Source: Octopus sinensis (taxonomy: Eukaryota). From it: DNA of 64,000 nucleotides. Positions 25,434 to 38,366 of the stretch are shown piece after piece. Under the pieces are notes generated by a model that saw only the letters and a program-made list of their open reading frames with translations, made no database searches and was not told the DNA's origin. Position numbers and translations under genes: made by a program. Every line of letters starts with the position of its first letter. The first letter of the stretch is position 1. The stretch is taken from NCBI RefSeq assembly GCF_006345805.1, contig NC_043009.1, positions 47,058,001 to 47,122,000 of the forward strand, given 5' to 3'.

Positions 25434-25501
25434 GACTGGAAATCTCCCAAATAAAAATATTATTTATTATTATTATATTATTATTATTATTATTATTATT
25501 A

Positions 25502-25569
<68 letters not shown>

Positions 25570-25584
25570 AATAATAATAATAAT

Positions 25585-26142
25585 AAATGCCCTGATGCAG
25601 TACCAGACAGTGGCTCTCGTGGCTTCTGATCTTAACTGATTGGAAGTCTTATCATGCACATTGTTTTGTCTTGGTATAAAAGATGGGCTACAGCAAATAT
25701 TCTGCTGAATACCACAGATTTGCTTGTCAATTGTTTGACCTTAACCAGTTGAGCATGTCCCTAGGTGGCTGACGATATGTGCATCTCTGATCACGAGCAG
25801 ACGTAGTGGGGGAGCATCATAGCCTTGTGTTGAGAGGGATTCTTTGGGGTTTGAATAATTCACCTCTGGAAACATGGGTGTTTCGTTAAACATCCTTAAA
25901 CAAACTTTATTCAGGGACCTTTCGAGCGGGATGGGTTACTCGACCTGAAGAAAATTCTAACTGGGCCCAACTTGCAATGTCGTGCGCTGTTTATCTTGAT
26001 ATGAGATCACCATGTCGCGCACATATGGTTGTGATGCATGTACCTAGTGTACCCTTATCAGACGGGTAGTCGTGATGGGTATACTGGGCTTCGTATATTT
26101 TACCCCAGTTTCATTTTGATAGCATGCACTGCTCTCTCACTC
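25585..26142 (+). mobile_element. Family E short retroposon, longest copy, flanked by (AAT)n
   Basis: (AAT)n-AAATGCCCTGATGCAG...GCACTGCTCTCTCACTC-(AAT)n; no pol III A/B boxes and no ORF. Confidence 0.8.
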
Positions 26143-26143
26143 A

Positions 26144-26183
<40 letters not shown>

Positions 26184-26208
26184 TAATAATGATAATAATA
26201 ATAATAAT

Positions 26209-26548
26209 AGTGGGAGCATCATAGCTTGTTGTGAGAGGGGAGTCTTGGGGTTTGAATAATTCACCTCTGGAAACATGGGTGTTTCGTTAAACATCATTAA
26301 ACAAACTTTATTCAGGGACCTTTCGAGCGGGATGGGTTACTCGACCTGAAGAAAAATTCTAACTGGGCCCAACTTGCAATGTCGTGCGCTGTTTTATCTT
26401 GATATGAGATCACCATGTCGCGCACATATGGTTGTGATGCATGTACCTAGTGTACCCTTATCAGACGGGTGGTAGTCGTGATGGGTATACTGGGCTTCGT
26501 ATATTTTACCCCAGTTTCATTTTGATAGCATGCAATGCTCTCTCACTC
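26209..26548 (+). mobile_element. Family E partial copy (local duplicate of 25805-26142)
   Basis: Near-identical to the preceding copy, including its private variants; (AAT)n on both sides. Confidence 0.8.
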
Positions 26549-26594
26549 AGTAATAATAATATAATAATAATAATAATAAATAATGATAATAATG

Positions 26595-26646
<52 letters not shown>

Positions 26647-27423
26647 TAATAATAACAGAGTATTTCTATAAGTGTGTCTCAAATGTCATTACTTGTTTTC
26701 AACCTTTTAGTCAGCCGTTATTTTATACGTTCTGCATAATATGAAGCCTTTCATAAGTCTTAAGTTACTTTGCTCATTGAAAAAAAAAAAAAAAAAGAAA
26801 AAGAAAAAAATGCCATTGGCAATGTGTATCGTATATGATGCATTAATGTCATAGAAATATGTCCTGCGTATAGCATACGATACATAGGAAAAGCAAAAGG
26901 TTAAGACAATGATATTTTCTCATAATTTCTGGTCTGCCTTCTATTAATTAAATTGTCCTGACTCTTTACATGAATTATGCTAATGAGTAATTCATTGCTT
27001 GTAAGATTTGCCCATGGAAGAAGAAATATGAATATTTACTATATTGATGCACAGACCGTCAAATGCTTTTTGATTTGATTATTTAAATAAATTTAGCAGT
27101 TGTTTATTTTGCACACACAGATACACCACCATTATTATCACTGCAATCATCACCACCACCACCACCACAACCTCAACCGCCACCGCATACGTTAAAATGC
27201 ATATTACTATTGATCGAATAACAAAAAATAGACACAAACTCGGCGTGAAGTGCGTGTATGTGTGTGTGTTTGTGTGGTGTGTGTGTGCGTGCGTGCGTGT
27301 GTGTGCGTCCATATTTGTGCGTTTGTACATATATAATTATATACACATGTAATTATGCAATTATATATATATAGATATTTAATTGAATGCACATAATTAT
27401 ATTTAATCACTACTGCTACTAAA

Positions 27424-27599
27424 TGCGAAGGCGCATGGCTCAGAGGTTAGAGCGCGGAGCTTACGATTGTGAGGCTGTGAGTTCGATTCCCGGACCAGGC
27501 TGCGAGTTGTGTTCTTGAGCAAGACACTTTATTTCGTGCGTTTATATATATATATATATATGTTTACATACATGTTTGTGTTTATATATGGATATGCAC

Positions 27600-27633
<34 letters not shown>

Positions 27634-27998
27634 ATGAAGGTGCATGGCTCAGTGGTTAGAGCGTGGAACTTACGATTGTGAGGCTGTGAGTTCGATTCCT
27701 GGACCGGGCTGCGTGTTGTGTTCTTGAGCAAGACACTTTATTTCACATTGCTTCAGTTCACTCAGCTGTAGAAATGAGTTGCGACGTCACTGGTGCCAAG
27801 CTGTATCGGCCCCTTTGCCTTTCCCTTGGATAACATTGGTGGTATGGATAGGGGAGGCCGGTATGCATGGGCGACTGCTGGTCTTTCATAAAAAAAGAAA
27901 AACAACCCTAGGTGAGGCGACTTTCCGCCCAGAGTTGTACACCGGAGGGGAACCTCTTAGGCGCACCCACGGTCATTCGTGACCGACGGAGTCGAGTT

Positions 27999-28008
<10 letters not shown>
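27424..28008 (+). mobile_element. Truncated H1 head followed by SINE H1+T3 with (ACT)n tail
   Basis: Heads at 27424 and 27635; T3 GGTGCCAAGCTGTATCGGCC. Confidence 0.85.
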
Positions 28009-28031
<23 letters not shown>

Positions 28032-28481
28032 ATGATATGTCTTATGTTTTTGGTCGTGGAAGGATAAGATGCAAATATATCACTAACAAAAATGTCAAGA
28101 ACTAACTGAAGGATGCTCGCCACACGAATAACAACAACATTTTGTTTTGTAAAGTCAGCGTGTTAATTGTTACTTCATGTGTTTACTTCATACTGCCAAA
28201 AAAACGGGGAAATAAATCAAAATAGAAAACAGAAGATAACGAATACAAGAATTTGAAGCCCATCTAATATTCTATTTAATAGCTGTCATCAAAGTTCAGC
28301 GCAGGTGTGTTGACAACAATAGGGGAGAGAGAAAGAGAGAGTGGGAAGAGAGAGAATGTTATTTCATAGCCAACGGCTGCTATTTGTTGATCTTCTGAGT
28401 GTTTATGTTGCATCATACATAATTGCTGAAGTAAATGGCATCAGATGCAAGTTCCTAGATATGAAACACTCCATAATATAA

Positions 28482-28662
28482 AAAACAATTGCAGCGTGGA
28501 AAGAGTTTATAAGCCATTTAAGAAACACGCAAACACCGTTAGATTCACTTCAACATTTAAATTTAATTTGCCAAAATATTTTGGCAAATGTTGAAGTGAA
28601 TCTAATGGTTTTTGTGTGTTTCTTAAATGGCTTATAAACACCTTCCACGCTGCAATTGTTTT
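28482..28662. repeat. Fold-back centred on a perfect 22-bp palindrome (Penelope-like inverted end, tentative)
   Basis: ~75-bp arms AAAACAATTGCAGCGTGGAA...CACTTCAACA; centre TTTGCCAAAATATTTTGGCAAA (28567-28588). Confidence 0.75.
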
Positions 28663-29489
28663 CGTTCCAGCACACGATCTCAGATCAGGTCACTTGCTAT
28701 GCAAATACATCTCCGTAACTCTATAATATTATTCCCTGAAAAGTATTAAGTACCCTTCGGAAGCATTATAGTTTCGAAATTACCAGAGTCCTGGTTTAGA
28801 TCCAACTGCATGGCACCTTGTCATTTTTCTGTAGCTTCAGGTCGACCCATACCGTGTGAGGGAAACTGGTAATAGGAAACTGCATGGAAGCGCATCGGAT
28901 GGGTTATACCTGTATTTCCAAGATCCGGTGTTATTATACACTAAATCACCCTGAATACGCTTTAAAAAAATATTTTAAGGTAAATATATTTGTGAAATAC
29001 TGAGCCATTTCGAAGCTCTTTCATTGAACGCGGTTGATTCAACAACCGAGGCCCCAGGTTCGGAAATTCTGATCCGTTACCCACACACACATGATCACAC
29101 ATGCAGAATGTAAACTAAAAGTGTATATATTAAGAGTTTTTGAGAAGATTTATTTATATTCACTTGACCGGTTTCACAATATATTAATTTTCAAAAAATA
29201 GTGTGCAATATGGTGCCCTAGAGTTATGCAGTCAGACAACTATGGCATAGAATCACATCTTGCCATCTTATCCTACATTTGAATATCATGAAATTGTGAA
29301 AGTGGTTAAGTGAATAAAAATAATTTTTTTTAAAGACTCAATGCACGTTTTCAACTTATTTTTATCATATTTATATTCGTGTAAAAAAGCATATTTTCCT
29401 ATACATACATACATACATACATTCATACATACATACATACATACATACATACATACATACATACATACATACATACATACATACATACG

Positions 29490-29735
29490 AAACAGATTAA
29501 ATATATCTCGAAACAAGTGAAAATAAGCTCGCAACAAATTAATATAAACTCGAATCCAATTAAAATATGCTCGTAACAAATCTAAATAATTTTGAAACAA
29601 ATTAAAATAACAACGGATCAAATTAAAATAATCTCAAAACAAATTAAAATAACTTCGAAATAGAATAATCTTGAAGCAAACTGAAATAAATTCGAAACAA
29701 ATTGAAATTCGCTCGAAAAAAATTCAAATAATCAA
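29490..29735. repeat. 21-bp degenerate tandem array (AAACAAATTAAAATAATCTCG), about 11 units
   Basis: Direct reading; reverse-complement units at 30490-30605. Confidence 0.7.
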
Positions 29736-30914
29736 AGATCAAATGTAATGATAGATGTATAAGTTTTGAATTCCTCTCTTTATTTGACTTGGAAATGAAG
29801 TGATTGAGTCACTGATGAAGGGATCAAGCGAATTCCGATGATTAATGTTAAAGTATCTTCGCTTTACATTTAATGTATGGATTGATTGTATCCTATTGAT
29901 CCCATGGATTAATTGTATTTGTGAATTTAGTCTCATAGCAACGAAAGCTTGTCTCAAGCTACAAGTATTAGTATTTCACAACAGGTTAAATGGAGAAGCA
30001 AACGGAGGTCATGCAAGAAATTTGTGCTTGAAACTTGTATATGTATACTATCTGCCATTGAGCAAGTGGAGTGGAAATTCATTGCTGCTGTTCATGAGGT
30101 TAAGAAGACAACAGCACATAAAAATTGAGCAGGCACAAATCGTGTGCTATATTAGCATCGCGATGATGTCCGCGGTGGTGTTACAAACTAAGAAAATGAA
30201 GTGATTGAGTTATTGATAGAGGGACTAAGCGGACGCTGAGGATCACTGTAAAAGTATCTTTGCGAACGCTTATGTTTAATGTATGGCTTGATCGTATCCT
30301 ATCAAACTATAGTAAGGAATATTTATGAAAAACCGAATTCATTGAGGTAAGTGTATTTATAGCTAAAGAAACTATTTTGTGCTTCCGAAACATCATTCAT
30401 GAAAGTTATCCTTGTTCAGAAAGAACTGCCAATCAAAATTAAACTGTAAACCATCGGAAATATGGTTCGAGTAAAAAAAACAACAGTTTTTTTATTGCTC
30501 TGATATTATTCTAATTTGTTTTGAGTTTAAGTTGCCACGAACACATTTAAATTTGTTCTGAATTTATTTTAATCTGCTTCGATTATTATTTTATTTTGTT
30601 CTTGAAAAATGTAGATTAGTAAAATGTTTGAAAAAGAAAATTCAGGTGGAAGGAAAAGTCAGATTTGTGACTTTTTTCTTCTTCATCCGGAAAATTCCGA
30701 ATTTGGAAGGTTTTCGGGTTTCCAAGTTTTGGATAAAGGATTATCGACTAATTACATATACATCTCTGTGTGTATGGGTGCGCGCGCGCATTCAGACAGA
30801 TATGTATGTATGCATGCATGTATGTGTGCATATGTGTGTGTGTGTATGTATGTACATATGTATATGTATATGTGTGTGTGTTTATATGATAACGTTAATT
30901 TCTGTAACTTAATA

Positions 30915-31110
30915 TTGATTTAAAATTTTGACACAAGGCCAGCAATTTTGTGGGTGGAGCAAGTGAATTACATCGACTCCAGTGCTCAACAAGTACCCCA
31001 AAAGGGATGTCAGAAAAACTCGACCTTGGCGAAATTTGAACTGAGAACGTAAAGTCGGACGAAATGCTGCTTTTTGCGCCGTGTGCCAACAATTCTGCCG
31101 GTTTGCCATC
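30915..31110 (-). mobile_element. Diverged SINE family D
   Basis: Reverse motif CGACCTTGGCGAAATTTGAACTGAGAACGT. Confidence 0.7.
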
Positions 31111-32329
31111 TGTAACTTAACATGAAATTTGATTTTTACGTAAATTTCGGTGATTTAAGCAGTCTTGTCAAGCATAATACTGACAAGAAAATGGTAAATG
31201 ATTTATCGATTTTTTTACTGCATTCATAACTTCCCAGTTATGTTAGTCAGTATATAATTAGTACACATCTGTCTTTCTGTTCCACCGCTAACGACAACAT
31301 TATACAGTTTATTTCAAACATGGAGGTACTAAAATCATTAAATTAGGTACTCAGAAAAAGAAATCTGTATATAATGTCTTTATGTTAGTATGCATAAACG
31401 GTATTTATTACCGAGTGTCTGTTTGTCTTAGTTATTTCATCTACTGCTACACACACACAATCACACGTGTGTGTTTGTCTCTCTCGCTACTTGACAACCG
31501 GTGTTGGTTTGTTTTCATCTCTGTAATTTAACACTACAGCAAAAATGACCGATGGAATGAGTACAAGACTTAAAGAACGAAAACAAAAGAACTTCAAGGC
31601 GATACGACAGTATAGCCGCAGTCCAATGACAGAAACAAGTAAAAGTGTAAAGAGGTATGATTATTTGTAGAAGAGCGGCAGTAATTCTAGTTGCCAGGTT
31701 TCGATCCCTGACACAGCTAATTTTAATGAAGTTCAAGAAAGGGATGGGTCATGCATAAACATTATGCTGTCTCATTTCTTTTTTCCTTCTTATAAACTCT
31801 ATGACGTCGTATTTACATAAGCCATATGTTATGTAACAATAATATTATCTTTGACACATCAATTTCACATAGGAGCAAAACCGTTTGCAAATTTTTCTTT
31901 TATTTCCACACATTCTTCCACCCAGCCATCCTAATTCCGTTACCATTTCGTCAAGTTATTCCAGACAGTATTCAAATGGCGTTAGTGAAATAGAATGTGA
32001 AACAGCCAGTTTAACTAGCTGCAATATATAGGTTAGATTGTGAGGGCGTCTTTCTGGTAACAAGAAAGTAATGTTTTAGTGTGCATTCCTACATCAATTC
32101 CTGTTTACGATGGCGGGAGAAAAAAAAAAACGTTTATATTTCTTTCATGTATAATACTTAATAGAAATAAGGTATGTCATTTTATCAGATTAATTAGCAT
32201 AGTTACATAAGTATATACACATACGTATACACATACGTATACACATACGTGCGTTTATATATATATATATATGTTTATATACATGTTTGTGTTTATATAT
32301 GGATATGCATATATATCTGTGTGTGTGTA

Positions 32330-32595
32330 TGAAGGCTCATGGCTCAGTGCTTAGAGCGTAGAGCTTACGATCGTGAGGTTGTAAGTTCGATTCCCGGACC
32401 GGGCTGCGTGTTGTGTTCTTGAGCAAGACACTTTATTTCACATTGCTCCAGTTAACTCAGCTGTAGAAATGAGTTGCGACATCACTGGTGCCAAGCTGTA
32501 TCGGCCTTTGACTTTCCCTTGGATAACATCAGTGGCGTGGAGAGGGGAGGTCGTTATGCATGGGTGACTGCTAGCCTTCTACAAACAATCTTGAA
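32330..32595 (+). mobile_element. SINE H1+T3, 3' part replaced
   Basis: Homologous to 27635-27870. Confidence 0.8.
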
Positions 32596-32599
32596 AGCA

Positions 32600-32699
32600 T
32601 GAGAAATAACCTGGAAAAGAAAAAATACCCACGAAACAAAACTCCGTTGCTGGGAAACTCAGACTTTCCCGGTGACCCAAGGGGTTACGGGTAGTCTAG
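32600..32699 (+). mobile_element. Helitron 3' end
   Basis: Hairpin CCCGGTGACCC-AAG-GGGTTACGGG (32668-32691), then TAGT-CTAG|T. Confidence 0.7.
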
Positions 32700-32745
32700 T
32701 CTAGTATACACACACCTACAAACACACACACACACGCCCCCACAC

Positions 32746-32799
<54 letters not shown>

Positions 32800-32914
32800 G
32801 GCTATAAATTATCTTTACAGTTTGAAAAATTCAGAGAAAGAGAAAATAATCTAACAGAGTTTATTGGAAAAAGACAAGCAAACAAATAAAGTTTTATTAG
32901 AAACATCAGAACAC

Positions 32915-33185
32915 TTCTGAGTGGATTTGGTAGACGGAAACTGAAAGAAGCCCGTCTTATATATGTATATATATATATATGCGTGTGTGTGTTTTGTGTG
33001 TCTGTGTTTGTCCCCCTAGCACCGATGCTGGTGTGTTTATGTCCCCGTTACTTAGCGGTTCGGCAAAAGAGATTGATAGAATAAGTACTGGGCTTACAAA
33101 GAATAAGTCCTGGGGTCGATCTTCTCGACTAAAGGCGGTGCTCCAGCATGGCCGCAGTCAAATGACTGAAGCAAGTAAAAGAGTA
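32915..33185 (+). mobile_element. 5'-truncated SINE family C
   Basis: GAGTGGATTTGGTAGACGGAAACTGAAAGAAGCCCG...GACTGAAGCAAGTAAAAGAG. Confidence 0.85.
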
Positions 33186-35004
33186 TATATATATATATAC
33201 ACATATATGACCTTTCTGTGACTTCAGCTTATCTTTTTTTGTATGGTTTGGACTATGACCAGTTCCTCATACGAACATTTGTCATTTACAAATATAATAT
33301 TTATATTAAAATCTTAGTTGCTCGTAATTTATGTCGCAAACAAGTTGTTAGTTATGAGTAAATGATTAGTGAAGTCATAAAACATTAAATCTAATAACGA
33401 TAAGTATGTTGAAATAACTCTAAAATTCAGAAGATTTGATCTTCCCTAGTATAATGTAAGCACAGATGCAGTGATATATATTAGCTGATATATGAGGCGT
33501 AAATATTATGTTAATATGTTTGTACTGAAGGAAGGCAAATGTTTAATAGGGATTCAATGAATGGAAGTTTTCCGTGAATAAATTATTTAAGTTTTCAATT
33601 ATGCCTTCGATACTGTATTCAGGCAATATACTTTTTAAGAAATATATCTGAACATCACAGCATGTCCACACGTCAGCAAAACTAAAATACCGAGAACATG
33701 CAAATTACTGCTGACAGTAAATGGACGCTTTTACGACAAAGATGTATTATTTCTACGTATAACTCGGTCAGCCACAAGGCACGGCCATCAGTTATATCCG
33801 TTAGTCACCAACATTCTTTCGAGGAAGCTTATTCGCATTACATTCCTGTGTGGATTTTCCACTCTATTATTACCTCGACCACTAGTTTTTCGCCAGTTGA
33901 ATTATTAGACTAAACCAGACCTCAAGCAATTTAACCAAGTCATCATTCCTACCAGAAATATCCATTGGAATAGATTTGATTCATTAGCAATCAAAACTAA
34001 GTTGGTCGATGTTTCGTGGTTTAACTTTACTTCTAACATCTGCTCGCTTTGGTTAGTTTGGCACGCATCACCGCTTTTCAGAGAGTCCAATACCATATTA
34101 AGTTATTCACGCTGTCGTATTTCATTGACCAACCTCACGGAAAACACGCCTCTAAATCCTTAACTTTCTTGGTGGAGACTCGCTTGCTAACACGTGCAAA
34201 AGTGGAGAGCTGTGAGACTTAGTCAACAAGAACATTTGATGTCGAACTGCTCCGTGAAATTGCCACTTTCTTAAACCATTGAACGCATAATGTCATACGG
34301 CTTGAAGAAGTAGACTGACTGTAGCACAAGTTCCAATGGTCTACCCTGTGGAATATTTTTGATGGATTCAAATTGATCAGGGCATTAGCGAAGCCAATAT
34401 CTAGTTCTTACACTCTCTACCATGTATGTGTACGAAATGTAAATTATATAGAAGAGAAAAAGTGTGTAACAGTTAAAAAAAAATTTTTTTTTAAAGCATC
34501 TTAGCGAGGACAAACCAAAAACTTCCTTGAACTTTAGATAAAATGTTAAAACTTTATTCAGCTGAGTTAGACACTCGATGTATTCTAACTTGTCTCTTTG
34601 TGGTTGTTGTTCTTTCTTGGCAATGTCCTACACCTCGGCCAACTACTTGTATGCAGCTAGTTCAACGGAAATTGGCCAAGACGAGTGAGAACAGGTTAGA
34701 TGTTGACAAATATAATATTGATTTCTAACATTATTACAAGGCCATACATTTTTGTGGGAAGGTACAATCAATTGTATCGATCTTCAATACTTGGCCGGCG
34801 CGCCTTTTATCTCCCCTGGGGAGGCATTCAATTGAGCAAATGATTCCTTATATGTCCCAATGCTTTTTAACGCAGACACAAGACGACACATTTTGGGAAT
34901 GGAACAGGAGAGGTGTGGACCATAATATCGCCCCCACTTCATGGCTTGTACTTAATCTTAAGTAAAGAAAGTTTCCATATGACTCTGTGTCTGTGTTGTT
35001 GTTG

Positions 35005-35500
35005 GCTGGCTGAATCAAACGAGCACTGAACAAAATGCTTTGTGGCATTTCTTCCGTATCTTTACGTTTCGAGTACAAATCCCGGCGAGGTCAATCGTAC
35101 TTTTTATTCTTTCAAGGTCTATAAAATGAATACCGGTCAAGTACTAGGATCCATGTATTCGACTAGCACACTCCCTGTAAAAATTACTGCCCTTGTGCCC
35201 AAGTTATTATTATCATTATTTGCTTAGCATAATTTTATTTGTTCTTATTTTCGGAGTTCAATTTCCGCCGGAGTCGACTTTGCCTTTCATCCTTTCGAGG
35301 TCGATAACATAAGTATCTGTTGAGCACTGGGATCGATGTAGTCGACTAGCCCCTTCCCCGAAATTGCTGTGTGCCAGTCGAATACATGGACCCTAGTACT
35401 TGACTGGTATTCATTTTATAGACCTTGAAAGAATAAAAAAGTACGATTGACCTCGCCGGGATTTGTACTCAAAACGCTCGCTTTGTGTCGAAATTTGAAA
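35005..35500. mobile_element. SINE family D cluster containing a near-identical ~103-bp inverted duplication
   Basis: Arms 35067-35169 / 35371-35474. Confidence 0.8.
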
Positions 35501-35510
35501 CCATTATTAC

Positions 35511-35544
<34 letters not shown>

Positions 35545-35586
35545 GTTATTATTGTTGTTGTTGTTGTTGTTATTATCATTATTAGG

Positions 35587-35758
35587 AAAAGGAGCGGCTG
35601 TGTGGTAAGTAGCTTGCTTACCAGCCACATGGTTCCAGGTTCAGTCTTACTGCGTGGCACCACGGGCAAGTGTCTTCTACTATAGCCTCGGGCCGATCAA
35701 AGCCTTGTGAGTGGATTTGGTAGACGGAAACTGAAAGAAGCCCGTCGTATATATGTAC

Positions 35759-35841
<83 letters not shown>

Positions 35842-36050
35842 ATGTATGATTGTGTGTCTGTGTTTGTCCCCCGCCATCGCTTGACAACAGATGCTGGTGT
35901 GTTAACGTCCCTGTAACTTAGCGGTTTGGCAAAAGAGACCGATAGAATAAGTACTAGGCTTACAAAGGAATAAGTCCTGGGGTCGATTTGCTCGACTAAA
36001 GGCGGTGCTCCAGCATGGCCGCAGTCAATTGACTGAAACTAGTAAAAGAA
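35587..36050 (+). mobile_element. Full-length SINE family C
   Basis: Same structure as 17418-17835. Confidence 0.9.
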
Positions 36051-36064
36051 TTATTATTATTATT

Positions 36065-36770
36065 GGCTTAGTGTTTAGGGTCTTGCACTCATGATCGCTA
36101 GACCGTGACTTCAATAATTCCTTGACCGGGTAGTGCGTTGCGTTCTTGAGCAAGACACTTCATCTCACGTTGCTCTGCAATCAATTCGACGCCTGATGCG
36201 TAGTACACAGTACACCTATTTCTTTATTACCCACAAGGGGCTAAACACAGAGAGGACAAACAAGGACAGACAAACAGATTAAGTCGATAATATCGACCCC
36301 AGTGCGTAACTGGTACTTGATTTATCGACCCCGATAAATCAAAGGATGAAAGGCAAAGTCGACCTCGGCGGAATTTGATCTCAGAACGTAACGGTAGACG
36401 AAATACCTATTTCTTTATTACCCACAAGGGGCTAAACACAGAGGGGACAAACAAGGACAGACATAGGTATTAAGTCGATTACATCGACCCCAGTGCGTAA
36501 CTGGTACTTAATTTATCGACCCCGAAAGGATGAAAGGCAAAGTCGACCTCGGCGGAATTTGAACTCAGAACGTAACGGTAGTCGAAATACCGCTAAGTAT
36601 TTCGCCCGACGTGCTAACGATTCTGCCAGCTCGCCACCTTAGTACACAGCACACCTGTTCAGACAACTTCGATGTGATGGAGTGAGTGAGCTAATGTGCG
36701 GCACGACCGTTTGGTCGCTATAAACAAATCATTTGTGTAGGTCGTTGGCGATAGCTGAACGCTCATACGT
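36065..36770 (+). mobile_element. H1-like SINE with tail T4, interrupted by a family D dimer
   Basis: Head TGGCTTAGTGTTTAGGG..CATGATCGC..TTCTTGAGCAAGACACTT; resumes after 36640. Confidence 0.65.
36218..36640 (-). mobile_element. Head-to-tail SINE family D dimer under a single TSD
   Basis: 16-bp TSD AGTACACAG(T/C)ACACCT (36202-36217 / 36641-36656); two 3' tails. Confidence 0.88.
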
Positions 36771-37060
36771 CGTCTACGACGGGAGAGTCCATCATTATTA
36801 TTTAACTCCACGTCAGTCCTGCACAAACAAACCTTGTGATGAAAAAAAGTTCAACCGTGATCATCTCACCTTTTCCCTACTTGCAGGGAACCAAGTTGAC
36901 ACAATCCCTCTTAAGCCTCTTTAAGACAGTAGAAAGAGATATGGAGGATATCTGGCTGCTATCTCTAGCAGGCCGAACAATTCGGTAGATGCTCTTTCAA
37001 CATAGATGAGATTCATTTTCCAGTAAACAGTGTTCCCTAAAACTGGTTTGGCAACTAGAA

Positions 37061-37660
37061 ATGTATGTATGTATGTATGTATGTATGTATGTATGTATGT
37101 ATGTATGTATGTATGTGTGTATGTATGTGTGTATGTATGTATGTGTGTATGTATGTGTGTGTGTATGTATGTGTGTATGTATGTATGTGTGTATATATGT
37201 GCGTATGTATGTATGTATGTATGTATGTATGTATGTATGTATGTATGTGTGTATGTATGTATGTATGTGTGTGTATGTATGTGTGTGTATGTATGCGTGT
37301 ATGTATGTATGCATGCATGCATGTATGTATGTATGTGTGTATGTATGCATGTATGTATGTATGTGTGTATGTATGTGTGTATGTATGTGTGTATGTATGT
37401 GTGTGTGTATGTATGCATGTATGTATGCATGTATGTATGTATGTGTATGTATGTATGTATGTGTGTATGTATGTGTGAATGTATGTATGTATGTATGTAT
37501 GTATGTATGTATGTATGTGCGTGTATGTATGTATGTATGTATGTATGTATGCATGCATGTATGTATGTGTGTATGAGTGTGTATGTGTGTATGTATGTAT
37601 GTATGTATGTATGTATGTGTTGGTATATGAGCGTGTATGTGCATGTGTGTACATACATCA
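37061..37660. repeat. (TGTA)n/(TG)n microsatellite, ~600 bp
   Basis: Direct reading. Confidence 0.95.
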
Positions 37661-37994
37661 ATCCCCATAGCTGCATACATGCAATATATACAATTGGGGG
37701 TACGCAGCCGTGTGTATATGTGTGCTTAAATAAGTAATTTATATATGCGTTATATATGCAATCTGTGTGTGTATATATGTGTGTGTGTGTATGTGTGTGT
37801 GTGAGAGAGAGAGAGAGAGAGTGCGTCTGTATGCATCTGTGCATATGTTTGTGTATAAGTGTGTCTGAGAGTAATGTGACATTACTTTTGAATGCATATA
37901 TTGCATACATTATTTTTGTGTGTACTCAGCTGCAGTGTGTATACTTTGGAATTTGTATGTGCTTGTAATTAAGAATGTATAACCGAGCGGCGTT

Positions 37995-38049
<55 letters not shown>

Positions 38050-38321
38050 CTCTGGAATAGGCTTGTAAGTGAAAGTTATTATTAGGTAACATAATGAATA
38101 TTTACTTTGCTATTAAAAATGAAGTGTTTAATCTGTGATGTTTGGAGTATTTTGGTACTGGAGCTATTTTGCCAGCAACCCAAGATTGTATACACCGAAT
38201 TCACAAAGCAATTCAATGACACAATGGCTGACGTTGCTTTTTCTTAATTGTATTATTGTTGCATATATTAGTATTATTCAGAAACCGTCTTATTTTATTC
38301 TCCGAATGACACCAATGTATT

Positions 38322-38364
<43 letters not shown>

Positions 38365-38366
<2 letters not shown>

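Noticed and set aside
29805-29850. CTGATGA-A-GGGAT..ATTCC hammerhead candidate
   Set aside because: GAAA is replaced by GATG and there is no stem I; the second repeat copy lacks the core.
33620-34420. Unique-looking segment as a coding exon
   Set aside because: Manual translation of the frames tried shows stops and no recognisable motif; left unassigned.
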